Source of the DNA: an uncultured Prevotella sp.
GTDB lineage: Bacteria > Bacteroidota > Bacteroidia > Bacteroidales > Bacteroidaceae
Assembly (NCBI GenBank): GCA_900539625.1
Contig: UQCW01000002.1
Location: forward strand, 74,455-138,454
Reading direction: 5' to 3'
DNA length: 64,000 bases
Within the stretch, counting starts at the first letter, position 1, and every line of letters starts with the position of its first letter. The translations under genes and the position numbers were made by a program. The notes beneath the pieces were generated by a model that worked only from the letters and a program-made list of their open reading frames with translations, ran no database searches and was not told where the DNA came from. Positions 29,097 to 38,757 of this stretch are shown here, one piece after another.

Positions 29097-29783
29097 TTAT
29101 TCTCCTGTCACTTGCGCTGCTCTTCGCCATCGTTCCATTGCTTGCCTTGCAACATCTGCATTGTTTCTGTCTATCATTCCTGCCGTAGCATTATTCCATA
29201 CGTCATTGAATGTATAGTAGCGTATGCTCAGATACAACCGATGGAGTTTCTTACTGAAACTGCTGAGTTTGTCATTCAAAGCCCAAAGGGTCTTGCTTCG
29301 GTCTGCTCCTGTTATCATGTTCTCGTTACCTCCTTGCGATACGGCATCGTTCAGCAAGGTAAAGACTGATACCAATTCTGTAGCTGTCTCAATATACAGG
29401 TTGTTCATTGACATATTCGCAACAATGCCTTGCGGATTATTGTTGATGGCTTTGCGCAACTTGCCCAAAGTAATGAAAATTCTCACTCCGTCATCATATA
29501 GATGGGTACAGGCTTTCAACGAAGAGGCGTAACCGCTGATGTCTTTCAAATAGCTGTTGTATTGTTTCTGCCATTTGTGCATTTGATTGAACTCGGCTGC
29601 AATGGTATTCTGTAATATGGCTGTTTTCTTCTGACCATTGATCTGACTGTCTATCTGCTTTTCCAACAGTTCATTACCCTCTGCCAGTGCCATCCATTCC
29701 AATGGATTTGATGCAGTTATCTGTGCCTTTCCATTCATGGCTGTTCCCAAAACTATTCCCATCACCAATATCATTCTTCTCAT
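29097..29783 (-). CDS. Secreted hypothetical protein (paralog B)
   Basis: Signal peptide MRRMILVMGIVLGTAMNGKAQ. Same architecture and C-terminal block (AMERWRRAAQVT) as 28300..28992. Confidence 0.45.
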   Translation of the reverse strand: MRRMILVMGIVLGTAMNGKAQITASNPLEWMALAEGNELLEKQIDSQINGQKKTAILQNTIAAEFNQMHKWQKQYNSYLKDISGYASSLKACTHLYDDGVRIFITLGKLRKAINNNPQGIVANMSMNNLYIETATELVSVFTLLNDAVSQGGNENMITGADRSKTLWALNDKLSSFSKKLHRLYLSIRYYTFNDVWNNATAGMIDRNNADVARQAMERWRRAAQVTGE

Positions 29784-29785
29784 TT

Positions 29786-30919
29786 TTACCTCCTCATTCC
29801 TCCTGATTTTCTTTCGTCTGGTACTCCCAATGGTTCGAATTCTCCTTCCAGTGATTTGATATGCTCCTCACTTGGTTTGTCCAACAACACATCATTCCAA
29901 TCTTTGGCCCACATGGGGATTGGCATGACTCTAACGTTGTCTGGATTTATACCTTGCTCTTTCGCAATTTGTTTGAATAGCTCCACAAATTCACGTCCTG
30001 CCTTATCGTTATCAAAGCATAGATAATGTTGAGCTTGCGGTGTGGCTTCCAACATTCCTTTTATTTGTCCTTTGGTTGGTGAACCGCCCGTAGATACGTA
30101 TATGCCCTTACGGGATAGCTCGGGATTTTGCTTTATTGCCTCACGGTGTATCTGATAAAATGACATTGCATCATAGGCACTCTCAAACCATCCGACACCA
30201 CCTACACGATCCAAAGGTTCGTTCTTCAAGTTGGCTATCCACAGACCTTCACTTCCATTGCTGCCTTCTGCCTTGCCTTTATATGTGCTGCTTCCATCCA
30301 TTCTTGGACGACCGCGTTCTTCCAGTCCGACAATGGTGTTGTCTCCCGGCTTGGTCAACGGAAAAGCCAAATTGGTATATTTCAGTCCATCGTTCCTGTG
30401 TTTGGTCGCAAGAACAAAGTGCTTGTTAAAGGCATACTGTGTATACAGGTCTATACCTCTTGGCTTGAAGTAGAAATAAAATGGCTTTTGGGTGTTTCTA
30501 TCTCCAGTGTCAAACTTCAACAAATCATAGTCTTTTAATGAGAATTGATTACTTGTTGCTTTTGGTGCCAATATCGGGTTGTAGTGCTCTTTCACTGGAT
30601 TGTTCAACAAGCGGTTGCATACCAAGTTTACCAATCTGTCCGTGGACATTCCTGCTCGATATTCGTCAAATTTTTCTGGATGTTCCTTGATGAAGGAGAT
30701 TACATTATACAGTTTCTGACGTGGTGGCTGAAAACAGCATTGACCGTTGGGTGTCACCAGAAATTTATCCCCATGCACACGCCTTCCGTCACTGTCTGTC
30801 CGCACATACGACGGATAGCGCAATCCATCTCGTTTATTCAGATGATAACCTGCATCCACGAGTACGTCTTGTATGCGCAATCGCTGCAAGAAGTCATTGT
30901 ATGTCAAATCTCCGTTCAT
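29786..30919 (-). CDS. Toprim domain protein (primase/topoisomerase-like)
   Basis: CFDNDKAGREF is the Toprim DxD motif, with an upstream acidic E (…GLEERG…). The N-terminal half is unknown. Confidence 0.65.
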   Translation of the reverse strand: MNGDLTYNDFLQRLRIQDVLVDAGYHLNKRDGLRYPSYVRTDSDGRRVHGDKFLVTPNGQCCFQPPRQKLYNVISFIKEHPEKFDEYRAGMSTDRLVNLVCNRLLNNPVKEHYNPILAPKATSNQFSLKDYDLLKFDTGDRNTQKPFYFYFKPRGIDLYTQYAFNKHFVLATKHRNDGLKYTNLAFPLTKPGDNTIVGLEERGRPRMDGSSTYKGKAEGSNGSEGLWIANLKNEPLDRVGGVGWFESAYDAMSFYQIHREAIKQNPELSRKGIYVSTGGSPTKGQIKGMLEATPQAQHYLCFDNDKAGREFVELFKQIAKEQGINPDNVRVMPIPMWAKDWNDVLLDKPSEEHIKSLEGEFEPLGVPDERKSGGMRR

Positions 30920-32562
30920 TAATATCCTCGTCGTATTTCTGTTATTTCCTGATTCATCTGTGCTTCGAAATTTCTCGCTGCCACCTCATTGGGCATGTCT
31001 ACTCCAGGCTTGAAGTAGGGGCGTGGGGGATGTCTTCCTTCCGTGCAATCTACATAGATTTCAGGATGGGGATGATGGCTCATTCCATGCGCTACTTCTG
31101 ATGTTACTACGGCTCCTGCGGCTAAAGCTGCAAAGATTTTGGTTCCCAATCCAGTGCTGGCTTCAGGACGTGACTTCATGTCCACTTCCTTAAAGATGTT
31201 GGAAAAGAGCTTCATACGGTGATAGTCATCCACTGCCATAAACTTGTCATATTGTTTCTGGCTTATTTCATGACTGATGGTTTCTCCGTTGATAATGGCT
31301 GTCATGCGGTATTTCACATCGCCCTTTTCTTGTTGCTTTGCTGATTGTCCCTGCTCTTTTGCTTGCTCGCTTGTTGCAACTGGTACTTCTGTATTCTGTA
31401 TCTTTTCGACATATATTTCGTCCACTTGCACCTCACGGCCGTTCTTTACTTCTCGGTACCAACCTTTACTTTCGTTCAATAGGTTCAGGTCTTGTCCGTT
31501 TACCGATGCGTCACCATGAATCTGTGGCTCTCGCTCCACAGTCTGTTCTTCGTCTTGTCCGGCTTCAACGACTGGTTGCTGTCGTTGCTCCATTTCTTGC
31601 TGCACTTCTGGACGCAATCCTATATTGATGCGCTCTTTGCTGTTCAGCATATCCATGGTAACCTTATCCGCAAAGTCATCTTTGATTACATTGTTCAGTA
31701 TGTCCAGTCGTTTGTCTATTGGCATTTGCTTGATGGAGTTGTTGGTCAACGCCTTCAACTCGTCTTCTTTCAAGTCATACACCATATCTACATTCGTGGC
31801 TTTTGACTGGATGGTAAGCGTTTTGCTCTGCTCATCAATGATGATACCATGCGATGAAAGACATTCCTGCCATTTCTCGTTGGAGAAATAGACTGGGGAT
31901 GTTATCAACTCCTTGTAGGGTTTGGCTGGTTCATTACTTCTTGGTCTGCTTACCACTGGTGTTACCACTGCTTGCAGATTTTGCAGTACATCTTGACTTA
32001 CAACAGGCTGTTGTGCCTGTCCCTTATAATAGAACCCATAACCGCCTGATTGCAGTTCGCCTGGATTCATTCTTCTGTCCCAACGTTCTGACACCATTGG
32101 GGCTTGCGGATAGAAAAGTTGACCGCCAACTCTTCGGAGATGCCAGCCATCCTGCATTCTCGGTGTCCATCCCAAAAAGTGAGGAGGGTGCATACAATAC
32201 CCTCCTGTTCGTCCATACTCACCAATTCCTACACGATACCCATGTAGTCCCATTGCTACACGTCCGTTGGCATTACGGGCATGCACGAAGTTTTTAGGCA
32301 GATAAAAGTCATTGTCTACAACACTCGTGAAGGTATTATAGGCTGTCTTGTTGGCATAGCTGGTTCCCCAGTCTGTCAATGCAAGCATTTGCTTCTCGGT
32401 GAGCCTGTAGGTGAGCAACGGACTGTCATGTCCCTGCACTGCCAACTGATACCCATTGCCATCGGCAATGATATGCGCTTGCATACCATTGCGCATAAGC
32501 AGATCACGCAACTCTGGGGATATGTCCATCTGCCTTGGATTCAATTGTTTTCTTATCGCCAT
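30919..32562 (-). CDS. Hypothetical protein
   Basis: 547-aa Gln/Gly-rich ORF, 1-nt overlap with the downstream gene. Confidence 0.45.
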   Translation of the reverse strand: MAIRKQLNPRQMDISPELRDLLMRNGMQAHIIADGNGYQLAVQGHDSPLLTYRLTEKQMLALTDWGTSYANKTAYNTFTSVVDNDFYLPKNFVHARNANGRVAMGLHGYRVGIGEYGRTGGYCMHPPHFLGWTPRMQDGWHLRRVGGQLFYPQAPMVSERWDRRMNPGELQSGGYGFYYKGQAQQPVVSQDVLQNLQAVVTPVVSRPRSNEPAKPYKELITSPVYFSNEKWQECLSSHGIIIDEQSKTLTIQSKATNVDMVYDLKEDELKALTNNSIKQMPIDKRLDILNNVIKDDFADKVTMDMLNSKERINIGLRPEVQQEMEQRQQPVVEAGQDEEQTVEREPQIHGDASVNGQDLNLLNESKGWYREVKNGREVQVDEIYVEKIQNTEVPVATSEQAKEQGQSAKQQEKGDVKYRMTAIINGETISHEISQKQYDKFMAVDDYHRMKLFSNIFKEVDMKSRPEASTGLGTKIFAALAAGAVVTSEVAHGMSHHPHPEIYVDCTEGRHPPRPYFKPGVDMPNEVAARNFEAQMNQEITEIRRGY

Positions 32563-32589
32563 TCTTTTCTCGTGTTTTTAGTGATACTT

Positions 32590-32814
32590 CTACGCATCCC
32601 CTCGCTCCAGTGCTTCTTCCAACAATTTGTCTTTATATGCTACAAACTGTCTCGCACTGTCCTCGCAGATGCACAATCCCTTGTTTAAGCAGTACTGTGT
32701 GTATTCTTCCTGCCATTCCTCTGAGTAATGGTTGACATAATCCAACCAACCATATTCTCCTTTCTGAACTTTTTCTACCAGTACTTCCTCTGGATAATAT
32801 TTGTTCTTTGCCAT
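32590..32814 (-). CDS. Small hypothetical protein
   Basis: 74 aa, acidic, Cys-containing. Confidence 0.35.
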   Translation of the reverse strand: MAKNKYYPEEVLVEKVQKGEYGWLDYVNHYSEEWQEEYTQYCLNKGLCICEDSARQFVAYKDKLLEEALERGDA

Positions 32815-32842
32815 TCTTCTTGTATTATTCTACTATTCTTTT

Positions 32843-33595
32843 TTAATGATGTCCGATTCTCGCAAGATGTCCCTCTCGCTTGCGTGACAACTCATTCCAC
32901 AACTCTTCCGTATAATCATCCTCACTGACATAGTCCAGATTACCGTCATCGTCCATCACCCAACAGCCATAACATCCGAATGTGTATTTATCCCATTCTC
33001 TTTTGGTCTGCTCTTGCCATTTCCGGTCATCACCTTGGCATAGTCTGATACCTGTGCTTTCATTCAGGTCAATGCCAACTGTAACAGGGTCTTCGTCCAT
33101 TACGAATGTAAGCGGTTCACCATGTTGGATGACTTTTACTTCTGCTGAACTCAGATGCATTTCTCCTGACAGAACTTGCAGGTTGCGACCAATGACTGGT
33201 GTGGGGGCATACATCACTTGGTTGGTCTCTGCATCCAACTGCACGAATGCTTTGCTCTGTTTTCCGTCCATCATCATGTCTGCAAGGATGGCTTTTCCTG
33301 ATAGCAACTGCTTCTGTTGTTCCTGGTCATATTGCGCCAAAGGTGCTTGGCTCAGTACTGGATAGAACATTACGTCTACCTTACCATCTTTCATGCGTAC
33401 AAAAGCGAAACGTGTTCGACTCTTGATAACATTCTCATTTTCATCCTCCACCTGTATGGGCAGTATAGGCGAACGTCTTCCCTGACCGATGTCTTCCAAT
33501 ACATGCATGGGCAGGTCTTCAATCATTTCTCGTGTCAATCCGTACTTGGCAAGTGTCTCATACGGCACTTCATGTTCTTCTATTCTTGCTTTCAT
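32843..33595 (-). CDS. Hypothetical protein
   Basis: 250-aa ORF, first gene of the leftward array that begins at the 33600-33850 divergent promoter region. Confidence 0.45.
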   Translation of the reverse strand: MKARIEEHEVPYETLAKYGLTREMIEDLPMHVLEDIGQGRRSPILPIQVEDENENVIKSRTRFAFVRMKDGKVDVMFYPVLSQAPLAQYDQEQQKQLLSGKAILADMMMDGKQSKAFVQLDAETNQVMYAPTPVIGRNLQVLSGEMHLSSAEVKVIQHGEPLTFVMDEDPVTVGIDLNESTGIRLCQGDDRKWQEQTKREWDKYTFGCYGCWVMDDDGNLDYVSEDDYTEELWNELSRKREGHLARIGHH

Positions 33596-33854
33596 ATTTG
33601 ATTGTATTTATTGATTTTCAACTGTGCAGTCTTTTGCCTTCAACACAAACATACGCCACACATCAGCAAAATTATATTGTAATGCGGCCACTGCAAGAAT
33701 ATCGCTCATTCTTGGAGCTTACATTTATGCTAATTTATAATTCAAGTATGATAATCAATGAATAATCATACTTGATTCTTATTTGATGTTATATTTTCGT
33801 TCCTTCAACCTTCTCTGTTTTGCCTTTCCTTTTCTTGATACTACTTTTGTCTAC

Positions 33855-34490
33855 ATGAAAAAGTTTTTATTGGTCTTCATAACTGCTGTCGGACTCTCTG
33901 CTTCTACAACAGTTCATGCACAGTTCTACTCCGTAGATAGTCATAATCGTCGTTACAAGGTTAAGGTCATAACACCACACACGAAAAAAGAGGCACCACT
34001 TTCTCGTGATACCTCTTCTATTAAGCTACCATCAGTCATTGACTCGACGGCTACCAATGATTTTACAACAAATAAGCCTGTTACAGCAAGCTCACAAATC
34101 TCGTTTCCTCTTCAAAATATCTATATTACGTCACCATATGGCTATCGCAATGATCCATTCACTGCCAAGAGAAAGTTTCATAACGGTATTGACCTGCGTG
34201 CCAACTATGAACCTTGTTATGCCATACTTGATGGTATTGTAGAACGCATCGGCAATGACAAACGTTCCGGCAATTTCATTACTCTTCGTCATGGTAACTA
34301 TACTATCAGCTACTGCCATCTCTCGCACATTCTCGTTCCCAAAGGTGCATCTATCCAATCGGGCACTCCAATCGCCATTACTGGTTCCTCTGGTCGCTCC
34401 ACCGCTCCCCATCTTCATTTGTCCATAAAATACAAGCGTAAGTCCGTAGATGCCAAGGTATTATTGGACTATATCGTCCAATCCAAATAG
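33855..34490 (+). CDS. M23-family metallopeptidase, secreted
   Basis: Signal peptide MKKFLLVFITAVGLSAS. M23 motifs HNGIDL (HxGxD) and APHLHLSI (HxH). ATG at 33855. Confidence 0.7.
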   Translation: MKKFLLVFITAVGLSASTTVHAQFYSVDSHNRRYKVKVITPHTKKEAPLSRDTSSIKLPSVIDSTATNDFTTNKPVTASSQISFPLQNIYITSPYGYRNDPFTAKRKFHNGIDLRANYEPCYAILDGIVERIGNDKRSGNFITLRHGNYTISYCHLSHILVPKGASIQSGTPIAITGSSGRSTAPHLHLSIKYKRKSVDAKVLLDYIVQSK

Positions 34491-34494
34491 CTCA

Positions 34495-34580
34495 AGATTT
34501 TGGTGTCAGGGTGTAAATCCGCTAAAAAGATTTTGGTATTAGGCAGTATTTTGGCAAAATAAATTTTGGTATCAGGGATT
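34495..34580. repeat. Four direct copies of ATTTTGG(T/C)… short repeat (iteron/arm-site-like)
   Basis: GATTTTGGTGTCAGGG, GATTTTGGTATTAGG, TATTTTGGCAAAA and AATTTTGGTATCAGGG occur within 85 bp. Confidence 0.45.
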
Positions 34581-34658
34581 TTCCATGTGACTCAGATAGG
34601 TTTCAACTCGATTATGTGTTACTATCGAGGCGACATTTTCATACCATGCTTCCCATAA

Positions 34659-34727
34659 ATTGAAAATCTTGGGAATTTTATATTGAAAATCTTGGGAATT
34701 TTATATTGAAAATCTTGGGAATTTTGT
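34659..34727. repeat. 3 x 23-bp perfect tandem repeat ATTGAAAATCTTGGGAATTTTAT
   Basis: Three head-to-tail copies (the last has 1 mismatch) lie immediately upstream of the AAA-ATPase gene. Confidence 0.8.
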
Positions 34728-34761
34728 AATTTTGCAGAAGCAAAACGTAAATAGGCATTTT

Positions 34762-36027
34762 ATGTATTACAATAGACTAGTAGAAAAAGAAATCGAGTTG
34801 AAGTTAAAAACTTCAGGAGCTGTCGTTGTTGCAGGACCTAAGTTCTGTGGCAAAACAACTACATGTATGCTTTATCAAAAAAGTTATGTAAAACTTAATA
34901 CGAAGCAGTCCATTACCATGGCACGAATGAACCCTAAAGGAGTGTTGGGTGGTGAGAAACCAAGGCTTATAGACGAATGGCAAAAAGCTCCAGATATTTG
35001 GAATCAAGTGAAAGATGATTTGGATTTTGAATATCAGTTTGGAAAATATATCCTTACGGGCAGTTCTACTCCTGCAGACAAAACGGAAGTTCACCACAGT
35101 GGAGCTGGCAGAATAACTCCAGTAAAGATGAGACCTATGAGTTTGTGGGAATCTAAAGAATCTAAAGGAACTATTTCTTTGATGGATTTGTTTGATGGAA
35201 AGAACAATTACCCATGGGATATGAATGACGAAATATCTCTTAATGACATAGCTTTCCTCATATGTAGAGGTGGTTGGCCTATATCTGTACAGGCTCCTAA
35301 GGAGATTGCTATAGAAATAACTAAGAATTATTATAATGGCTTGTTCGTATTTGAGGATTGCGAAAATGAAAGATTCAGGAACAAACGTCCTGATGTATTA
35401 AGAATGATATTGAGAAGTTATGCTCGACATATTTCAACAGAGGCTGCTGTTTCCACTATAATAGCTGATGTTCGTCAAAGTAATGAAAGGACAATGGACC
35501 CGAAGACTTTTGATGATTACATGGAGGCATTAAAAGATTTGTATATTCTTGAAGATTTACCAGCATGGAATCCAAACATTCGTTCGAAGACTTCTATAAG
35601 AGGAACTCCTACAAGACATTTCATAGATACGTCTATTGCTTGTCGTTCATTGGGAGTAAGTCCGAACGACTTGATGCACGATCTGGAAAGTTTTGGATTA
35701 TTCTTTGAAGATTTTGCTGTAAGAGACCTCTCTATATACGCTAATTCTATTGGTGGCTCAGTGTCTCATTACCGCGATAATACTGGTTTGGAATGTGATG
35801 CAATACTTCATCTTGAAGACGGAAGATGGGGGGCTATAGAAATCAAATTAGGGGGTGACGATTTGATTGAACACGGGGCTAATTCCCTTAAGACTCTGCG
35901 AAATAAAATAATAGAAAAGAGTGAGGAACAAGCACCTTCTTTTTTGATGGTACTTACTGCAACTGGTGGTGCTTATCAGCGTGAAGATGGTGTATATGTA
36001 GCTCCTATCAATTTGCTTAAACCATAA
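34762..36027 (+). CDS. AAA+ ATPase, DUF4143/COG1373-type
   Basis: Walker A VVAGPKFCGKTT; the size and C-terminal DUF4143-like region fit this family. The ORF-track start 34732 is TTG; ATG at 34762 (MYYNRLV) is preferred. Confidence 0.65.
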   Translation: MYYNRLVEKEIELKLKTSGAVVVAGPKFCGKTTTCMLYQKSYVKLNTKQSITMARMNPKGVLGGEKPRLIDEWQKAPDIWNQVKDDLDFEYQFGKYILTGSSTPADKTEVHHSGAGRITPVKMRPMSLWESKESKGTISLMDLFDGKNNYPWDMNDEISLNDIAFLICRGGWPISVQAPKEIAIEITKNYYNGLFVFEDCENERFRNKRPDVLRMILRSYARHISTEAAVSTIIADVRQSNERTMDPKTFDDYMEALKDLYILEDLPAWNPNIRSKTSIRGTPTRHFIDTSIACRSLGVSPNDLMHDLESFGLFFEDFAVRDLSIYANSIGGSVSHYRDNTGLECDAILHLEDGRWGAIEIKLGGDDLIEHGANSLKTLRNKIIEKSEEQAPSFLMVLTATGGAYQREDGVYVAPINLLKP

Positions 36028-36037
36028 CATAAACCTC

Positions 36038-36082
36038 AAAGGCGGATGCCCAAGACTCTTCATCTTGCACATCCGCCTTTGC
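36038..36082. terminator. Bidirectional terminator hairpin
   Basis: CAAAGGCGGATG…CATCCGCCTTTG perfect stem between convergent genes. Confidence 0.65.
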
Positions 36083-36101
36083 CTATACTCATTCTATGAA
36101 G

Positions 36102-38756
36102 CTACTTCTTCACTCCGTATATCTCATAATCCTTCTTTCGTCTTTCTACTATCGGAGGATTCTTCCCGTCGTAGTACATATCATACCATGTTGATGATTC
36201 TTTTGGCTTCATACTATCACTCAGCACAAAATGTTTGCCGTCCAATGACCGTTGCTGTATGTAATAATGGTGTAGTCTATATGCCGTCTTGACAAATACT
36301 TCTCTTGATCCCAAGAAGCAAATGTCGTCATACATCCTTATTTCTGCTTTTCTGTAAGTTTCACCATTGTTTCTTCCACGTCTCATATACACTCCACCTA
36401 TCTTCAGGAAGTTCATGAAACCGATGGTGACAAATTCCGGCTTACGGGTAAAGCATGTCATATTCTCCAAATATACCCAGTATTCCTTGCCTTGCTCCGT
36501 GAAATGAAGCAGGGCGTTGTCCTGAAGCTCTGCAAACTCATACGTCTGTTCTGGCTTTTCCATTGTTTTGTACAGTTCAGTGCGTACAAGGTATTTGCCT
36601 TCTCTGTTCTGCACTATTCTTATACCGTATGCCTGTGGGTATATCTTAGCATAACTGCCTAATGACTCCCATTTATCCAGCCAATTTCTTCGATAATATA
36701 CTTGGTAATTGTTCTTCGTGACGCAGGTGACTCTCAGATTGGCAGGTTCTTTATAGTCAGCTAACTGTGTTCTGCATCCGATGTAATCTATTTTTATTTC
36801 TGGTCTGAAAAACCTTATATATTGTTTCTTTTCCTCTTCGAACTGCTTGACTTCTTCTTCCCATGTGTTTCTCTTTTCTACTAATTCTTCAGCTGTCATA
36901 GGATGCAACATGGTATCCCAAGCCTTGCGCCAAGCCAAACCTCCTTGCTCGTCTTCCCAAATCGACAGGTCTTCTATTTTCTCCTTGAATATGTATAGTC
37001 TGTCTGGCTCTGATGGCTGCACAAAGAAATTGCGGAACCGCAGCCCTTCGTCTGTCCCATTATTCAACGCATTCCGCAATACAAAACTGTTCTCGTCCAT
37101 CCGACGTGTCTTTACTCTCGGATAGAGGCGCAACCCGTCTGTAGTGGAAAACTCCATAAAGCCATGTTTCTCGATTCTCGGACGCTTGAAGTATCGCACA
37201 CCATTACGCAAGTCCATCCAGGGGCGTTCTCTGTCTATCTTCCGTCGAGAATACAGTTTGGTTATTCCGTATGCTTTCAGTTCTACCTTATTATATTCAC
37301 AAGGCAGTATTTCCTTGCCGTCCTTATCCACAACACCAGACAGACCTTCCTTGTTGCTGACTATCTCGTAGCCGTATGCTTCCTCCAAGTCCATACGTTG
37401 CCCCTCATGTGTCATCACGGTGATTAACTCTGTTCGTGCGTCCGAAGTGATTCTCTCTTGTTCGTTGCAAATGGAATAGGCTATGTTATACAGCCCTTCC
37501 ACTTCCTCTGTCAGAATGCCTTTACCAGCGACACGTCCCTCAAACATGGCTTGCCAGTCTCTGTCATCTGACGGGAGTCCAAACAAACGGTACAGCCCGA
37601 CATTGTCCAATATCAAGCAATACTTCTTACCCTCAAACACACGCATGCCACGTCCTACTTGCTGCAGGTACTTTGCCAACGACAGTGTGGGTCTTGCCAA
37701 CTGGATAAACTCTACATCGGGACAGTCAAAACCTTCACCAAACAAATCTACATTAACCAACACTTGTATGTTATTTGTTTGCGCCAATGGAGTATCAGTA
37801 TTATCCGTACTATCAGCCTTATTGCTAACATCTGTATCTAACGGCTTAGTAAGGCTCAAAGAGGCATAGTTAGGCTTACTATCAATGCTTGTTTCCTTAA
37901 ACCTTTCAATGATCTCCTTTCTTTCTTCAAGCGGTGTCTTGCTGCTTATCGCCACTGCATTTATGCCATGCTGTCTGTATGCTTCTGCTATATGCTCCGC
38001 ATGGGCTATGTCTATGGCATAAGTGATGCCTTTCTTGTTAGCTGCATATCTCATCACCGTATCGCAAAGCCTCTCGATACTTGGCTGCACATTCATTTTC
38101 TCACTCATCTCTCTCAGCGAGAAGTCTCCGTCGGCACCTCTTTTCTTCAGCGAGTTCACCATGCGCCAGTCCTCGCTGTCCTCTCTGATGGACATATAGT
38201 CATACAGAGATAGCCACCCATCGGCAATAAACTTCTTTGCTGACCACGACTGCAGTAGCACGTCAAACAAATCGGTGAACCCTCGTTTGGTCAGTCGGCA
38301 GGGCGTGGCTGTCAGTCCCAGTTTCTTTGCCTCAGGATAAGCATCCATCACCTCCTTGTAGGTTTTCGCCACGGCATGATGCGCCTCGTCGATAACTATC
38401 AATGATGGAATTTCCTCCATTTCTTGATAGTGTCTCGACAGCCATTGTATCGACATTACTTTTATGCGAGAATCATCCAATAAAAGGGAAAGAGCAGTGC
38501 CAGAAGTAGAGCAAGGACTGCTTAGCATGGTTTCAAGCGTTTCTCTTATCTGTTCTACCAATTCACGCCGATGTACCACAATCCACACCCATGTATTTTT
38601 CCCTTTTAACTTTTCACTTTTCACTACTTCTGCAAGAAGTATCGTTTTACCCGTACCTGTCGGCATCTGCACCATCACGGACTGACACGACCGAAAAGCC
38701 GCCTCAATCCGTTCACTCATGTCTCTTTGATAGTCGTATAGCTGAATATCCTTCAT
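36102..38756 (-). CDS. SF2 DEAD/DEAH-box helicase (ResIII-like) with large C-terminal repeat-containing domain
   Basis: Motif I MPTGTGKT; motif II VIDEAHH; motif VI-like QQVGRGMR. The C-terminal ~450 aa carry repeated (K/R)DG…(L/I)…(Y/F)… units. ATG at 38756 is preferred; 38828 would overlap the upstream gene. Confidence 0.65.
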   Translation of the reverse strand: MKDIQLYDYQRDMSERIEAAFRSCQSVMVQMPTGTGKTILLAEVVKSEKLKGKNTWVWIVVHRRELVEQIRETLETMLSSPCSTSGTALSLLLDDSRIKVMSIQWLSRHYQEMEEIPSLIVIDEAHHAVAKTYKEVMDAYPEAKKLGLTATPCRLTKRGFTDLFDVLLQSWSAKKFIADGWLSLYDYMSIREDSEDWRMVNSLKKRGADGDFSLREMSEKMNVQPSIERLCDTVMRYAANKKGITYAIDIAHAEHIAEAYRQHGINAVAISSKTPLEERKEIIERFKETSIDSKPNYASLSLTKPLDTDVSNKADSTDNTDTPLAQTNNIQVLVNVDLFGEGFDCPDVEFIQLARPTLSLAKYLQQVGRGMRVFEGKKYCLILDNVGLYRLFGLPSDDRDWQAMFEGRVAGKGILTEEVEGLYNIAYSICNEQERITSDARTELITVMTHEGQRMDLEEAYGYEIVSNKEGLSGVVDKDGKEILPCEYNKVELKAYGITKLYSRRKIDRERPWMDLRNGVRYFKRPRIEKHGFMEFSTTDGLRLYPRVKTRRMDENSFVLRNALNNGTDEGLRFRNFFVQPSEPDRLYIFKEKIEDLSIWEDEQGGLAWRKAWDTMLHPMTAEELVEKRNTWEEEVKQFEEEKKQYIRFFRPEIKIDYIGCRTQLADYKEPANLRVTCVTKNNYQVYYRRNWLDKWESLGSYAKIYPQAYGIRIVQNREGKYLVRTELYKTMEKPEQTYEFAELQDNALLHFTEQGKEYWVYLENMTCFTRKPEFVTIGFMNFLKIGGVYMRRGRNNGETYRKAEIRMYDDICFLGSREVFVKTAYRLHHYYIQQRSLDGKHFVLSDSMKPKESSTWYDMYYDGKNPPIVERRKKDYEIYGVKK

Positions 38757-38757
38757 A

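Noticed and set aside
34659-34727. Possible CRISPR array
   Set aside because: There are only three directly abutting 23-bp units with no unique spacers and no cas genes nearby. This is a tandem repeat, not a CRISPR array.
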